From assembly GCF_001194135.2 (NCBI RefSeq), contig NC_068993.1:1663643-1701306 (forward strand): 37,664 bases of DNA, given 5' to 3'. The position numbers and the translations under genes were made by a program. The stretch is from Octopus bimaculoides. Taxonomy: Eukaryota. Below, one piece after another: positions 12,294 through 24,859 of the stretch; position 1 is the stretch's first letter; every line of letters begins with the position of its first letter. The notes under the pieces were generated by a model. It was given only the letters and a program-made list of their open reading frames with translations. It searched no databases and was not told the origin of the DNA.

Positions 12294-12944
12294 GGTTAGG
12301 AAGCAAACTCCTTACTACACAGCCACGCTTGCGCCTATATATTCAATTAGTTCTAACATCTAGAGTTGTTATAACCTCTACGTGTTGTAACTACCATGCA
12401 ATTATCTACGTAGATAGCCACTATGTGTCATAACCACCATACAGCCACCTATATAAACAACTCGAACTATATCTAATTAGTTCTTCGACCACCTTAGGTT
12501 ATCTTAGCCACTAACTACAACAGAGCGTTCCTCCGAAATCTGAGGTGTTTCCATCTTCTCACCGTCTATCTTTGTCGGTAATTTTATCATTGATTGCCCT
12601 TTCCATGTTTTGTATTCAATCTTATGTTTATATAAGTGAATCTAGTTGTTAAATATAGAGAGAAGAAGCAGCCAGGCCTCATCAACAGATCCAAAAAAGC
12701 ATATCTAACGATGTCTGAATGAATAAACATAACATTTTTACAAATACAGTAATGTCAGACATATTGCCAAATGATTAACTGTTCAAAACTGTTTCAGGCC
12801 ACCTGATAAGGTATCTACTGTGTGCTTGCTTGTGAATGCATGTGTATCTATGCATCTATGTATACATACATACACATACACAAACAAACATACATACATA
12901 TATATATGTGTGTTTGTGTGTGTGTGTGTATATATATCTATTTA

Positions 12945-12998
12945 TATCTATCTATCTATCTATCTATATATCTATCTATCTATCTATCTATCTATTTA

Positions 12999-13079
<81 letters not shown>

Positions 13080-13090
13080 GCCTGTCTGTC
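12945..13090. repeat. (ATCT)n-(GTCT)n compound microsatellite running into a gap
   Basis: Direct reading. Confidence 0.95.
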
Positions 13091-14356
13091 NNNNNNNNNN
13101 NNNNNNNNNNNNNNNNNNNNNNNNNNNNNNNNNNNNNNNNNNNNNNNNNNNNNNNNNNNNNNNNNNNNNNNNNNNNNNNNNNNNNNNNNNNNNNNNNNNN
13201 NNNNNNNNNNNNNNNNNNNNNNNNNNNNNNNNNNNNNNNNNNNNNNNNNNNNNNNNNNNNNNNNNNNNNNNNNNNNNNNNNNNNNNNNNNNNNNNNNNNN
13301 NNNNNNNNNNNNNNNNNNNNNNNNNNNNNNNNNNNNNNNNNNNNNNNNNNNNNNNNNNNNNNNNNNNNNNNNNNNNNNNNNNNNNNNNNNNNNNNNNNNN
13401 NNNNNNNNNNNNNNNNNNNNNNNNNNNNNNNNNNNNNNNNNNNNNNNNNNNNNNNNNNNNNNNNNNNNNNNNNNNNNNNNNNNNNNNNNNNNNNNNNNNN
13501 NNNNNNNNNNNNNNNNNNNNNNNNNNNNNNNNNNNNTATATATATATATATGTACATATATATGCATATATATGTATATATATTACTGTTCTGTTAAAGT
13601 GGGATCAATGAAAACAAATAAGTACTCCATCCTGCGAGAGATAAATATCATTTAATGTACACAATATGTGTACAGACATCGTTTGCTTAGAACACGAGGA
13701 TTGTTTGGAGACACAAGGCGTGTTATAAAAACCTGCCTAGACACGTGTCTTGACAGTAAGAAACTATTAGTAGCTCATATATATACTCTGAGAAAGAGGT
13801 AAGTGAAAGAGGGAGAGACAGAAAGAGGTAATGAATTAAAAGGAAGAAGATATAAAGTAAAAAAATAAAGAAAGAAGGCGAAGTAAAACAGCGGTAAATC
13901 TGTGCTGAAGCAGATTGAACGCGAAAGAATTGTGCTAGAATGGTTTCTGTATAAGAACAGATATCTAATACTTGGAGAAACTATTTAACTTAATAGTAGA
14001 CAACAATGAACAAGGCAAAGATAAAGATGGTGGCCGCTTGTTTTATATAATGACTGCGCTGTTGATTAGAGTTACAAGGAAACTGGCGTGTGGAATTTAC
14101 AAGCGCTAAAAATATATTTTATTCATTATAGGCCTTCTTTTATGCTTCGTAGTTTGGTTTTCTTTTTTCTTTTTTCTTTCCCCCTCTTTCTGAGTTTGGC
14201 TGTGTAATGTTAAGATTGTCAGGGAAATATGTAAATAGCTGACCGAATAAAAATAGCTTTAATGTGTGTGGGGTAACAATGTAGAGCTGTGTTGTCAGTC
14301 ATTTCGTTCTCTGGTCGTAATTATGTCTGAAATAGGTTTCGCTTGACCATTCACTA

Positions 14357-14391
<35 letters not shown>

Positions 14392-15438
14392 ATGTATGTA
14401 GAGATAGATAGATATATCACTGTTTGAATATATATGTATTTTTTATCTTTGTGTATGTCTGCGTGTGTGTGAGTGTGTGTGTGTGTGTATACATACACAT
14501 GCATACACACATAAATGGTTTAGTCTGGTCTCTGAAACCGCATGGCCTATTGCTTATGGGTACTGACTGGCTTCCCGATCGGATGGTTATGTGTTCCATT
14601 CCTGAACCAGGCGGCGTGCGGTGCCCAAATCATTTCATTTCACTCTGTTTCAACCTATTTAACAGAAAATGAGCGCCAGTCTTGTCACGGCGCCACTTTC
14701 TCTCCTCGCTGCAGTCAAAATGCAGGGCTTTCGGAATTTTCTATTAATAAATTGATATTCAAAAAGAGTCTATTTATAACATGGAGATTTATACACGCAG
14801 AGAACGCGTACTTGATTTTACGATGTTTCGCCTGAATTCCATTGATTCTGGTTATAATTTTATATCTCTATAAAACCTGCGATCTTCTTGTACTGGTTTC
14901 TTTAATAATATATTTTATACACTCACTGCTGAACAGACTTGTCATTGTTTCTATTCTACATACATGAGATATTTTTAGAATAACTAAATCTTAGCTAATT
15001 CACATGATGAACATAAAAATAAACATTGCATAATCATAATAAAGCAATAAAGATTACATTATAAAAACACAATCTAACACACTAAATATTACGTAATAGA
15101 CCTTACGTAACACTCAATAAACATAACATGAACATTATTTAAAACATTATGCAATGAATAATACTTAAAACATGATATAGCAGTAAACATAACAAATACT
15201 ACAAACCAAATATTACGTAAAAACATAATATAATTCTAAACATTACACAACAAATATAAACATGCATTATATAATAAACACTGCATAAATAAACGTAAGA
15301 ATGACATTACATAATAAACATGACAAAATAAACATAACACTAAGCAAAATAAATCTTGTGTAAAAAACATTACTAAATAGAATGTCATAATAAACACAAG
15401 GTTAATATCATTGATGTAAATATATTTTTCCTTTTCAG

Positions 15439-15553
15439 GCACGTCGTGTGATTCCAGATTTATGGATTCACCACAGCCAGGAATTACCACTCTATGCTGT
15501 AGAATGTCCCTTGAGTGACCAGCCAAATGAACAACTTCCATCTCCAAAAGCTG
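15439..15553 (+). CDS. Juxtamembrane cytoplasmic exon: ARRVIPDLWIHHSQELPLYAVECPLSDQPNEQLPSPKA
   Basis: Very strong acceptor tatatttttccttttcag|. Donor CTG|gtaacc. 115 nt, phase 0 to 1, open frame. Contains PDLWIHH, the core of the DCC/neogenin/Frazzled P1 motif. Missed by the ORF track. Confidence 0.88.
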
Positions 15554-15689
15554 GTAACCATTAAAACCTCATCTCCATCTCTTCTACAACCTTTCATCTG
15601 CTTCTTCTTTTACCAAATCTAGAATTGGCATAATCACTCTCACCAATAATCTTGTAATTAATCTTACCCTCTGCAATTTCTTCCCGGTT

Positions 15690-15830
15690 TAGAAATTTGC
15701 TTCGCGAATATGTAGTTTCGGGTCCAGTTCATCAGTGACACCTTGGGCAAGTGTCTTCATTCTTGTCTCCAGTGGACCAAAACGTTGTGAGTGAATTTTG
15801 GAAACTGGAAACTGTTTGGAAGCCTCTTAC
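15690..15830 (+). mobile_element. Second SINE family with CORE-like domain
   Basis: gtgacaccttgggcaagtgtctt resembles the CORE-SINE domain (gtgaccttgggcaagtcactt), preceded by a degenerate tRNA-like head and followed by gaccaaaacgttgtgagtgaatttt. Confidence 0.7.
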
Positions 15831-15999
15831 ACAGACCGTTCCTGTTCTTGTCTAGTTGATTTAAACTCTCACCTGGTCTAACCTCACATTCCCATATGGT
15901 CCTTGGGAGTTTTAGGTGGGAAAGATTCTCTGGTGTAAATATCACAAGAGGCCTTGTTCGACGCACCGATAATTCTTCTAATCCATCGCCCTGCACTGC

Positions 16000-16100
16000 T
16001 ATTTTATTTTACCGACCATGAAGGGATAAAAAGATAAAACTAACCCGGGTAGGATCTGAACCCAGAATTCTATCCGATGCTCTAACGACTCGGCCAATTC
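16000..16100 (-). mobile_element. SINE 5' half, reverse strand
   Basis: ccgaccatgaagggataaaaag...tctgaacccagaa...ccgatgctctaacgactcggcc is the reverse complement of the head, B-box and core. Confidence 0.65.
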
Positions 16101-16365
16101 TCTAATGTTTAAGTATAGTCTTGATTTTAAGATTCAAACCGAGTTTTCTCAATATGGGTTTTTTAAGAAGATCGATAAGGGTTGGTTTGAATATGAATGA
16201 AGGCAAAATTCCTCTCATGATTAAAGGGTTTCTCGACTTCTACCACTTGGTTGTTATATTTATGAGAAATGAAGTCAAATTCCTCTCAGATATGTAGTTC
16301 TACTGTCTTGAAAACGAAAGAACACATTGGACGATGTGCTAGATAGCCTCTTCTCAAGTAACGAT

Positions 16366-16438
16366 GAGACGGTCACGGCTGGAAGACACCTTGCTGGTAG
16401 ACTAGGGGCTGACCAGAAACTAAGCAACAACAACAGCA
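16366..16438 (+). repeat. Dispersed ~65-nt element, copy 2, with (CAA)n tail
   Basis: gagacggtcacggctggaag...ggggctgaccagaaactaagcaacaacaacagc. Confidence 0.65.
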
Positions 16439-16664
16439 GGCATATCTATTGTTGTTGTTGACTGACTTTCTCTCTTGACGATAGAAAGTCTCTCTTTCTC
16501 TTGATAATCGGATTTAATTCCGTATTTAATCTCTCTCTCTTAATAATCCGATTTAATTCTGTATATGAAAGCCGGGGCCACGTATCAGCTGTTGATATCT
16601 TGCCTGGTCCTGTCGTCTATCTCTGCTACATCTGGAAATCATATTAATTAGAAATCTCATCTTA

Positions 16665-16812
16665 AGTTATCCTGTTGAGGTCAACTATGCTGGCCCTCCC
16701 TCCAGGGTTGATAAAGTAAGGCTCCAGTCAAATACTCCAGTATTTCATTGGAACCTTACCGAATAATTTCCCATCATTAAATTTGCTGGTCTTGTGCCTA
16801 AATCAGAAGCCA
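16665..16812 (+). mobile_element. Degenerate SINE 3' part
   Basis: cctgttgaggtcaactatgc...agggttgataaagtaag...aaatttgctggtcttgtgcctaaatcagaa matches the family core and tail. Confidence 0.6.
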
Positions 16813-17520
16813 TTAATTGGAAACCTTGTCAACAATCTACATATATTTCTCAAGCCATCTTTGTCCGTCAGTGTTGATAAAAACTAAAAATTTAACGATG
16901 AGGTATAATAAAGCAGAAGCATGTCTAAAGTTATCTCCCTGTATTGCATTGCTTACATTGTCTACGCTACTCGACCAATGTTGTGTTTATAATTAATTTT
17001 TTATTAAATCTTCGAGATTGCCTCCCCTGAATTCTTGGACCTGAATTAGCCTTTCTGCTAAGATTCTCCTTCGACCCCCATCCATCCTTTATTACGGTTG
17101 TATTCGTTAGCTTCTTATATTACTCATGTTAATATCGACCTTACCCCCCCACCCCCAATTACTCAAGGTGTCTACTGATTGTCCCAATTATATCACATGG
17201 CCAATGTTATAGTTTGGAGCCAGAATTTGATAAAAAAAACAACAACAACCCAACCTTCCCGTGGTAACATTATTCATTGTGGAAATGTTCTGAAAATAGC
17301 AAAGGTCATCCAGAAGAATGCATCAAATACATGATACCGTGTTTAGAATAGCTGCAGAGAGTGTTCGTGTGTGCATGCGCTGCTGGTGAGCAAGTGTGCA
17401 TGCGTGTGTGCTTGTGTGTGTGTGTGTGTTTGCATGCATATATACGTATATGTATATATATGTTCAGGAATATATGTATTTGTAGAACTATGTGTTTATA
17501 TATGCATACATGTATATGTG

Positions 17521-17555
<35 letters not shown>

Positions 17556-18001
17556 NNNNNNNNNNNNNNNNNNNNNNNNNNNNNNNNNNNNNNNNNNNNN
17601 NNNNNNNNNNNNNNNNNNNNNNNNNNNNNNNNNNNNNNNNNNNNNNNNNNNNNNNNNNNNNNNNNNNNNNNNNNNNNNNNNNNNNNNNNNATATATATAT
17701 GTATATCTATATATCTCTCTCTATATATATGTGCGTGTGTATGTGTGTGTAAATATGTTCATGTCTCTATGTATTTTAATGAATCCCTGTTGGCAAACAT
17801 ATATATATATATATATATATACATATATTCATACATGCATACATAGATATGTACGTACATACATACATACTTATACAACTACATATACACATATATAATT
17901 TTATACATCCATACTTTATATATGTTATTATGTAGACACACATTCGGATAGCTATCTGTCTATCTACCCAATTATCAATCTACTTCATTCTCTGTCTGTC
18001 A

Positions 18002-18039
<38 letters not shown>

Positions 18040-18086
18040 ACACTCACTATTTCTCTGTTTCCGCACACACACACACACATAGTAGC

Positions 18087-18181
<95 letters not shown>

Positions 18182-18210
18182 TAGGTGGTGAGTGTACACA
18201 CACACACAGA
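18002..18210. repeat. (CT)n and long (CA)n microsatellites
   Basis: Direct reading. Confidence 0.95.
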
Positions 18211-19149
18211 TCTGTCTCATCTATGCATGCCACGTATAAATACTGTATTGAACGATCGCATCTGTGTGTCTGTCTGTATGTCAGTACGTATGTTTAATAA
18301 TGGATGAACGTCAAGTAGATAGTTTGTGCAATGCTAGTGTATGTCGGTGTATGTGTATATGGTTGTGTGTCTATTGTTTACTGTGTATGCAAATGTGCAG
18401 GGTGTGTGCGTGAATATGTGTGAGTGTGTGAGTGTGCGCATGTTTATGAATGGGTGTATATGTGCACAAATGGATATGTATGAATACGTGTGTGTCGGGT
18501 TCTATAAACTTATATGTTTATGCATACAGATGTATCTGTGTTTCTGTGTATTTATGTATGTACGTATATTTGTCAGTGTGTATGCATTAGCATGAATATG
18601 TTAGCATAAGACCTACATTAGATATGTTTCGACCAAAGATTGACCCAGGCTAAATCCTATTTAAGTCGTTTTGTGGTTGCAGTTTATTTAAGTGCTGTGA
18701 TTTCGAATTGGGTAGGGGCCGTGATCCTAGCCTTGAATGAATTTTGAAGCTAATGTTGAAGTCGTTTGGGCAATGCTGGTGGAATATTCTTCACATCATG
18801 CAAATGATGTATCACTCATGGTGGCGCTGGATAGAATAGAGTTTCAATGCTTTAAGATGGTTCCAATAATCGAGATCAGTCCTTAAATATATGATTTCTC
18901 TGCAAACTATAAATTTTCACCCAGTTTTCACCTTGATTTCCAGCTCGTAGAAAATATCAACAATCTCTTACTTTCACCATCAAACGACCATGATAATTAC
19001 GATGTCTTTTTATGGAATTTTCAAGAGAAAATGTGCTTTTATGGCACCTTTCTTTGTATGTTTTTGCTTTACAAAACGCCATCTTGCCGTTAGCAACCGA
19101 TTATGAGGTACGGAAAAAGAGATAAAAGTAAAAAAAAAAACCTATACCA

Positions 19150-19265
19150 ATATTTGATTCGTACTTTATCTATCAATCCAGAAAACTCGATGGCTTTGAA
19201 ATCAATCGGAACAAATATCACAAAACATTTTCATTTCCATCCGATGCTCTACCGGATCTGATAAT
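19150..19265 (-). mobile_element. Highly degenerate SINE, reverse strand
   Basis: gtactttatctatcaatcc...atccgatgctctaccggatctg resembles the reverse complement of the core and head. Confidence 0.45.
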
Positions 19266-20395
19266 CTGTTACCTTATACCAACGCTACTCAATTTTTACC
19301 TTCATTTCACCCATCATACAACAATGAAAATATGTCAATGATTTCTTTTGTTTATTCCACAAAATCGAGGTTGAAACAAGCGAGGAAGAGATTCTTATGA
19401 AAGTATTTATTTCAGAATCTAAACAACCATAAAGATGACCTCTCCATAATATTTCTGCATGTGATGTTTCTACTTTTTGTTACATGTGAGCGTGTATTTA
19501 CTCATCTTCCGATCATTTTACAAAGGTTTGCTACCAATTACAACAGAGCGGATTTCTTCACTTCTTGTTGCTCAAATTCCTAATTGCAGTAAATTGCTGT
19601 CATTAATGGACGAGCATTCATTGTATCCTGACTTAGTTTCCCCTTATTCTCATTTGATTACTAATATCTGTTTTGCTGTATGTGTGTGTACATACATACT
19701 TACGCACATGCATACATATACATGCATTCACACACGCACACGCACCACCATCACATACACACTCATATGAGTTCACTAGAGCAAAATGTGATGGAAAATA
19801 GTATTCGAATATCAAAAAGTAAAATATTTTATCTAAGTTGAAAAGACTTCACAAACTGCTACACAGCGTTTCACGTAATTGATCATCAGAGTAATACTAT
19901 ATGTAGAACCCCTTGGGTCTTTCTCCATTGGCAAGAAATCTAGACATAAAACTAAATAATAACATACATACATACATACATACATACATACACACTGCTG
20001 TTTTACTCGACAAGGTCTAACTACAACGTACAGCTTCACAATAATTCAGGAGACAATAACTAACTGCATAGTAAGAGTTTTGTTCTAGTAATCCAAAGGT
20101 CCAGATTTCGGTACTGCAATAATGCTAATGATAATTTATAAGAAATATACTTTGCTAATACTTTACATGTACCACGTTCTCGCGTTGTTGTTTTTTGTGT
20201 GTTTCTTCTTTTTGGGGATTTACTGTATATATATATATAAGTAATATTTTGAAATCATTTAATACATAGGTTTCAGCTTTATGCAATAACAGGAAATGTA
20301 TCCATTACGTAAACCTTCTTCAGTCAAAGCATTTCAAAATATTACCATTTGGTTTGACTTCATTATGAATATAATATATTGAATATAATATATTT

Positions 20396-20538
20396 ACAAA
20401 TTCCACCGGGGTCAGCTTTGCCTTTCATCCTTTCAGGGTCGGTTAAATAAGTACCAGTTACGCACTGAGGTCGATGTAATCGACTTAATCCCTTCCCCTA
20501 AATTTGAAGCCTTGTGCTTCCAGTAGAAAGGATTATGA
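20396..20538 (+). mobile_element. 5'-truncated SINE copy about 360 nt upstream of the SH3 exon
   Basis: caaattccaccggggtcagctttgcctttcatcctttcagggtcggttaaataagtaccagttacgcactgaggtcgatgtaatcgac...gccttgtgc...gtagaaaggattat is close to the 4829 copy. Confidence 0.85.
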
Positions 20539-20900
20539 AAATGTGCGCGCGCGCGCGTGCATGTGCGTGTATGGGCTTAACTTTCACTTTTCTACTCGCC
20601 CTCTTCCCCCGGGGTGGGGAGGAGGTTGATGAGGTTGAAGAGTCATTAAGATCGAGGTTCTAATTAGACGCGACTAATATAACCTATATTCTTTAAAAAC
20701 GAAATTGGTTATGTATGTCCAATCAAAAGACACCCTCCTTGCTTTTCTCTCTTGCGATCTTTTTCTATAAAGTTATTCCGTTATTCCTTCTTTTAATCCT
20801 ATATTCCAGAATCCTAATTCTCCTTCCTTCCACTCTTCCTCACTGCTAAGTCTCTGCTGGATTTAGATTCCTTAGTGTTATATTCTCATCTGTTTTGTAG

Positions 20901-21080
20901 ATTTGTCAACAATATGCGAAGTGCTACAATCCTATGTACCCCAGTCCCCTAAGGAACTCCATCTTGAAAAGGGAGAGTTCTTAAAAGTTGTCGAGAAAGA
21001 CTGCAATGGGTGGTGCCGAGGGGTGATGGGCACGGATATTGGATGGTTTCCAGGCAGTTACGTCAAAGAGATTAGAACAG
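20901..21080 (+). CDS. SH3-domain exon: DLSTICEVLQSYVPQSPKELHLEKGEFLKVVEKDCNGWCRGVMGTDIGWFPGSYVKEIRT
   Basis: Acceptor ctcatctgttttgtag|, donor ACAG|gtaaat, 180 nt, phase 1-1. SH3 hallmarks in order: VLQSY (ALYDY position), ELxLxKGE, GW, GWFPxxYV. Confidence 0.95.
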
Positions 21081-22056
21081 GTAAATCATAAATACTAATA
21101 ATGTATGGTTGATGCATGCCTTTTGTTTGCGCAATGTTTTTAATGAGTTTTTTGCCTGCAAGAATTAAGGAATGGTCAATTGTCACAGCTTCTCAATTAT
21201 GTCTGCTACTAATAAATTATTGGTTCCAACATGGTTTTTCATCAAACTTTTCGGTAACAGCCTTGAAAGGTAAAGTTAAATTCTGCTTTGTCTCATCTTG
21301 TTTGAGCTTTCCTCTTAATTAGATTATTATCCTTGGTAACTCTCGGTGAAATGCCAATGGAATTTGATTCCATTGACTTTAGTTTTCTTACTTTTTGGTG
21401 GAAGGGGTTCAGCTTATGACCTTTGCAGGCCCCAATTAAGGTTTGTGAGGTTGATGTGGTTAATGTGTTTAGACTGTTACGGATCAACATGTGCAGGGAA
21501 GAGAAAAGAGAGGAGATTCCAGAGGAATGACGATCGGGTGAAATAAGGACTGGTTTGTGCAGGAAAGAAGGGAGGTGGACGCACCAAGGGTGATGAGAGG
21601 CGAAAAGACTAAGTGGGTTGGAGGTACCTGAATGGTGGAAGTACGAGATCAGCCAAATCTGAGGAGCAGTGGTCCTTATTGTAGTAACGCAAAAGCTAGA
21701 GAAAGGCGATAGCACTCCAGAGGCTGGAGTATGTCTTTAGTGAATAAATACATTGATGACCTCAAAGGATACTAACAACAAGAACAAGAGCATTGAAGTG
21801 AAACTCAATGTCGCTGCTCTTCTTCCTCCCGCTGATACGTCCTTGTGCCAGCTTCTTCGTTCAACTTGACTATCATTTCAAACACTCATCTCTTTGAAAT
21901 ATAATCTGTCTTTCCTTGCTTGAATATTCATCGTGGTGGGCTGAGCGAAAGTGTATCAGGGAAAGAATAACTGAAACCAACTGAGGAAGTCTTAAGAGGT
22001 CGCACGACCAGTTAGAAATAGGAACCACACAGCCCCACGACCTTTCTATAAAAAAT

Positions 22057-22150
22057 GGGACGGTCACGGCTGGAATATCTTTGATCATGGGTCCATACAA
22101 TCTGAGTTTTCCTAGGATTAAATAATAACAAACAGAGCAACAACAACAGC
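22057..22150 (+). repeat. Dispersed ~65-nt element, copy 3, with (CAA)n tail
   Basis: gggacggtcacggctggaatatctttgatcatggg...caacaacaacagc. Confidence 0.65.
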
Positions 22151-22299
22151 TATTATCAGTATGTTAGCTGATGACGTCTATTGACGTTTATTGAAGGATT
22201 AATTCTCGATGTGGTGGCCACTAACAGTTAGATGTACCAACGTTGCCTCCCGAAAAGGATTTCACCCCAGATTAGGATGCGGGTGGAAATAGAAATGAG

Positions 22300-22645
22300 T
22301 GGGTGGGTGGAAACATTGGCGATGATGATGATCATGGTGGTGGTGGTGGTGGTGACGATGGTGGTAGTTGTAGTGGTGATAATTGTGGGGTGATGTTGAT
22401 GGGAATGGTGGCGTTGATGACTATGGTGATGATGATGATGATAGCGATGGTGATGGAGGTGATAAGCGTAGTTCTAGCAGTGATGGTGATGGTGCTGATG
22501 GTGCAGCGGTAGTGATGCTGCTGCTGCTGGTGAAGGTGAGGTAATGAGGTCGGTGCTGGTAGTTTCGGTTGTGGTAGTGATGTTGATGAGAATAATGAGG
22601 ATGATGACGACGATGGTGACGATGATGATGATGATAGTGTTGTTG

Positions 22646-22677
<32 letters not shown>

Positions 22678-22857
22678 GTTGGTGGTGGTGGCGATGAGGA
22701 TTACTGATGGCAGCGGTGATATTGATGATAGCGGATGGTGACGGTGGTAACGGTAATCAAGATGGTGGTGATGGCGAAGGAGTTAGTTATGCTGTTGATG
22801 TTGGTGATGAAGATGATGATGATGATAATGATGATGTGATAGTGGATGATGTGATAG

Positions 22858-22890
<33 letters not shown>
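22300..22890. repeat. ~600-nt mosaic GAT/GGT/GTT trinucleotide low-complexity tract
   Basis: Direct reading; source of the Met/Val/Asp/Gly-rich ORFs. Confidence 0.9.
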
Positions 22891-23175
22891 TGAGAATACT
22901 ATGGCGTGAACAAATTCAACAAAAAACAAGAAACAGTGAAGACAACAACAACAACAACAACAACACAACGATTTTCCTGTTTTCTGTGATTCTTTCATTC
23001 CAAAACGTCATAATTCCAAAATGTTATGTTTTTCCATTAATCATTCCTCACATTTTCTCTCCCTTAAAATGTTTCATCTCACACAAGGAACAACAAGTTG
23101 CTTCTTACATCCCCTTAACTCACTAATTCCTCACCTCGAAATTGTCTGTTATTGATATTGTAACTAAAATAAACA

Positions 23176-23241
<66 letters not shown>

Positions 23242-23245
23242 CCTA
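23176..23245. repeat. (ATCT)n microsatellite
   Basis: Direct reading. Confidence 0.95.
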
Positions 23246-23535
23246 CCTCTGTGTGTGAGTTTGTGTATACAAAAGACTGTTACTACATTAGATTACTCAG
23301 AGTTTCAATTATATCCACCTTCAAACTGAGCATCAATCATCAGAATAATTCCATTAGTTGTTGTACTCCATTGCCGTACAATAGAGTACAAATGCGGTAC
23401 TCCATTGCTGTGATGATGGTTATTCAATTGAAAGCCGATTGGAGTAATCCAACGTACGATTGACCGGTTTTCATAAACATAAATCCTCATATATTCCAGC
23501 TTCATAAATCCTTGGATTAAACGATTTTCTTATGT

Positions 23536-23665
23536 GCAGGGGTCGACGTAACCTTTCATCCTTTCGAGGCTGATGAAATAAGTACCAGCTGTGTACTAGG
23601 GTCGATGTAATCGACTTATCCCTTGCCCCAATATCGACGTCTTGTGCAAAAATTTGAACCAATAA
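23536..23665 (+). mobile_element. 5'-truncated SINE copy
   Basis: gtcgacgtaacctttcatcctttcgaggctgatgaaataagtaccagctgtgtactagggtcgatgtaatcgacttatccc...gtcttgtgc. Confidence 0.8.
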
Positions 23666-23799
23666 GCAATGCTACACACACATGTACATACACACATGTA
23701 CACACACACACACATGTACACACATACACACACACAGACACACACACACACATACACACACATACACAAAACGTATGTTACAATTTAAATTTGTTGCTG

Positions 23800-23838
23800 C
23801 TACTGCTGCTGCTGCACCTGCAGTTGCACCACCACCAC

Positions 23839-23888
<50 letters not shown>

Positions 23889-23890
23889 TG

Positions 23891-23939
<49 letters not shown>
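23800..23939. repeat. (CTG)n-(CCA)n-(CTA)n compound microsatellite running into a gap
   Basis: Direct reading. Confidence 0.95.
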
Positions 23940-24347
23940 NNNNNNNNNNNNNNNNNNNNNNNNNNNNNNNNNNNNNNNNNNNNNNNNNNNNNNNNNNNNN
24001 NNNNNNNNNNNNNNNNNNNNNNNNNNNNNNNNNNNNNNNNNNNNNNNNNNNNNNNNNNNNNNNNNNNNNNNNNNNNNNNNNNNNNNNNNNNNNNNNNNNN
24101 NNNNNNNNNNNNNNNNNNNNNNNNNNNNNNNNNNNNNNNNNNNNNNNNNNNNNNNNNNNNNNNNNNNNNNNNNNNNNNNNNNNNNNNNNNNNNNNNNNNN
24201 NNNNNNNNNNNNNNNNNNNNNNNNNNNNNNNNNNNNNNNNNNNNNNNNNNNNNNNNNNNNNNNNNNNNNNNNNNNNNNNNNNNNNNNNNNNNNNNNNNNN
24301 NNNNNNNNNNNNNNNNNNNNNNNNNNNNNNNNNNNNNNNNNNNNNNN

Positions 24348-24389
<42 letters not shown>

Positions 24390-24441
24390 CATATACACGT
24401 ATACATATGTATGTATAAATAGCATATGTCTATACGTTGTG

Positions 24442-24472
<31 letters not shown>

Positions 24473-24859
24473 TATGTATGTGGGAAACACATGGGCGCTT
24501 GTATTCTTATCTATGCATCTGACGGTAAATATGAATGACTATATTTTCTATGCTTCCTCCAAGCCGAGTACTACGCAATAGATCTACCTATGCACACAAA
24601 CCAAAACATCTGCTTACACGCACGCACGCACAAATGCATATACATACGCAGCGAAGGGTTAATAATGGCGCTGACAGTCTTTCCTTAAACAAGACTCTCT
24701 TTAAGTTTTATCTGCAAAGATGTCTCGTTAGAGCATGGCAGAGAGGGAGTGAGAAGGGGTGGGAGAGAGAAAAAGAAGGAAAAGCAGAAAGAAGGAGAGA
24801 GGGAGCGAGAGGTGGAGAGAGAATGAGGGAGAAGAATCGTCCTCCAAGTTCGGCTTGTG

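Noticed and set aside
12659-12712. Possible phase 0-0 cassette exon REEAARPHQQIQKSISND
   Set aside because: The acceptor lacks a pyrimidine tract and the donor (GAT|gtctga) is weak; the model does not need it.
21293-21715. 140-aa minus-strand ORF in purine-rich sequence after the SH3 exon
   Set aside because: No recognisable motif; the openness is explained by CT-rich composition on that strand. It may be an old repeat but cannot be assigned.
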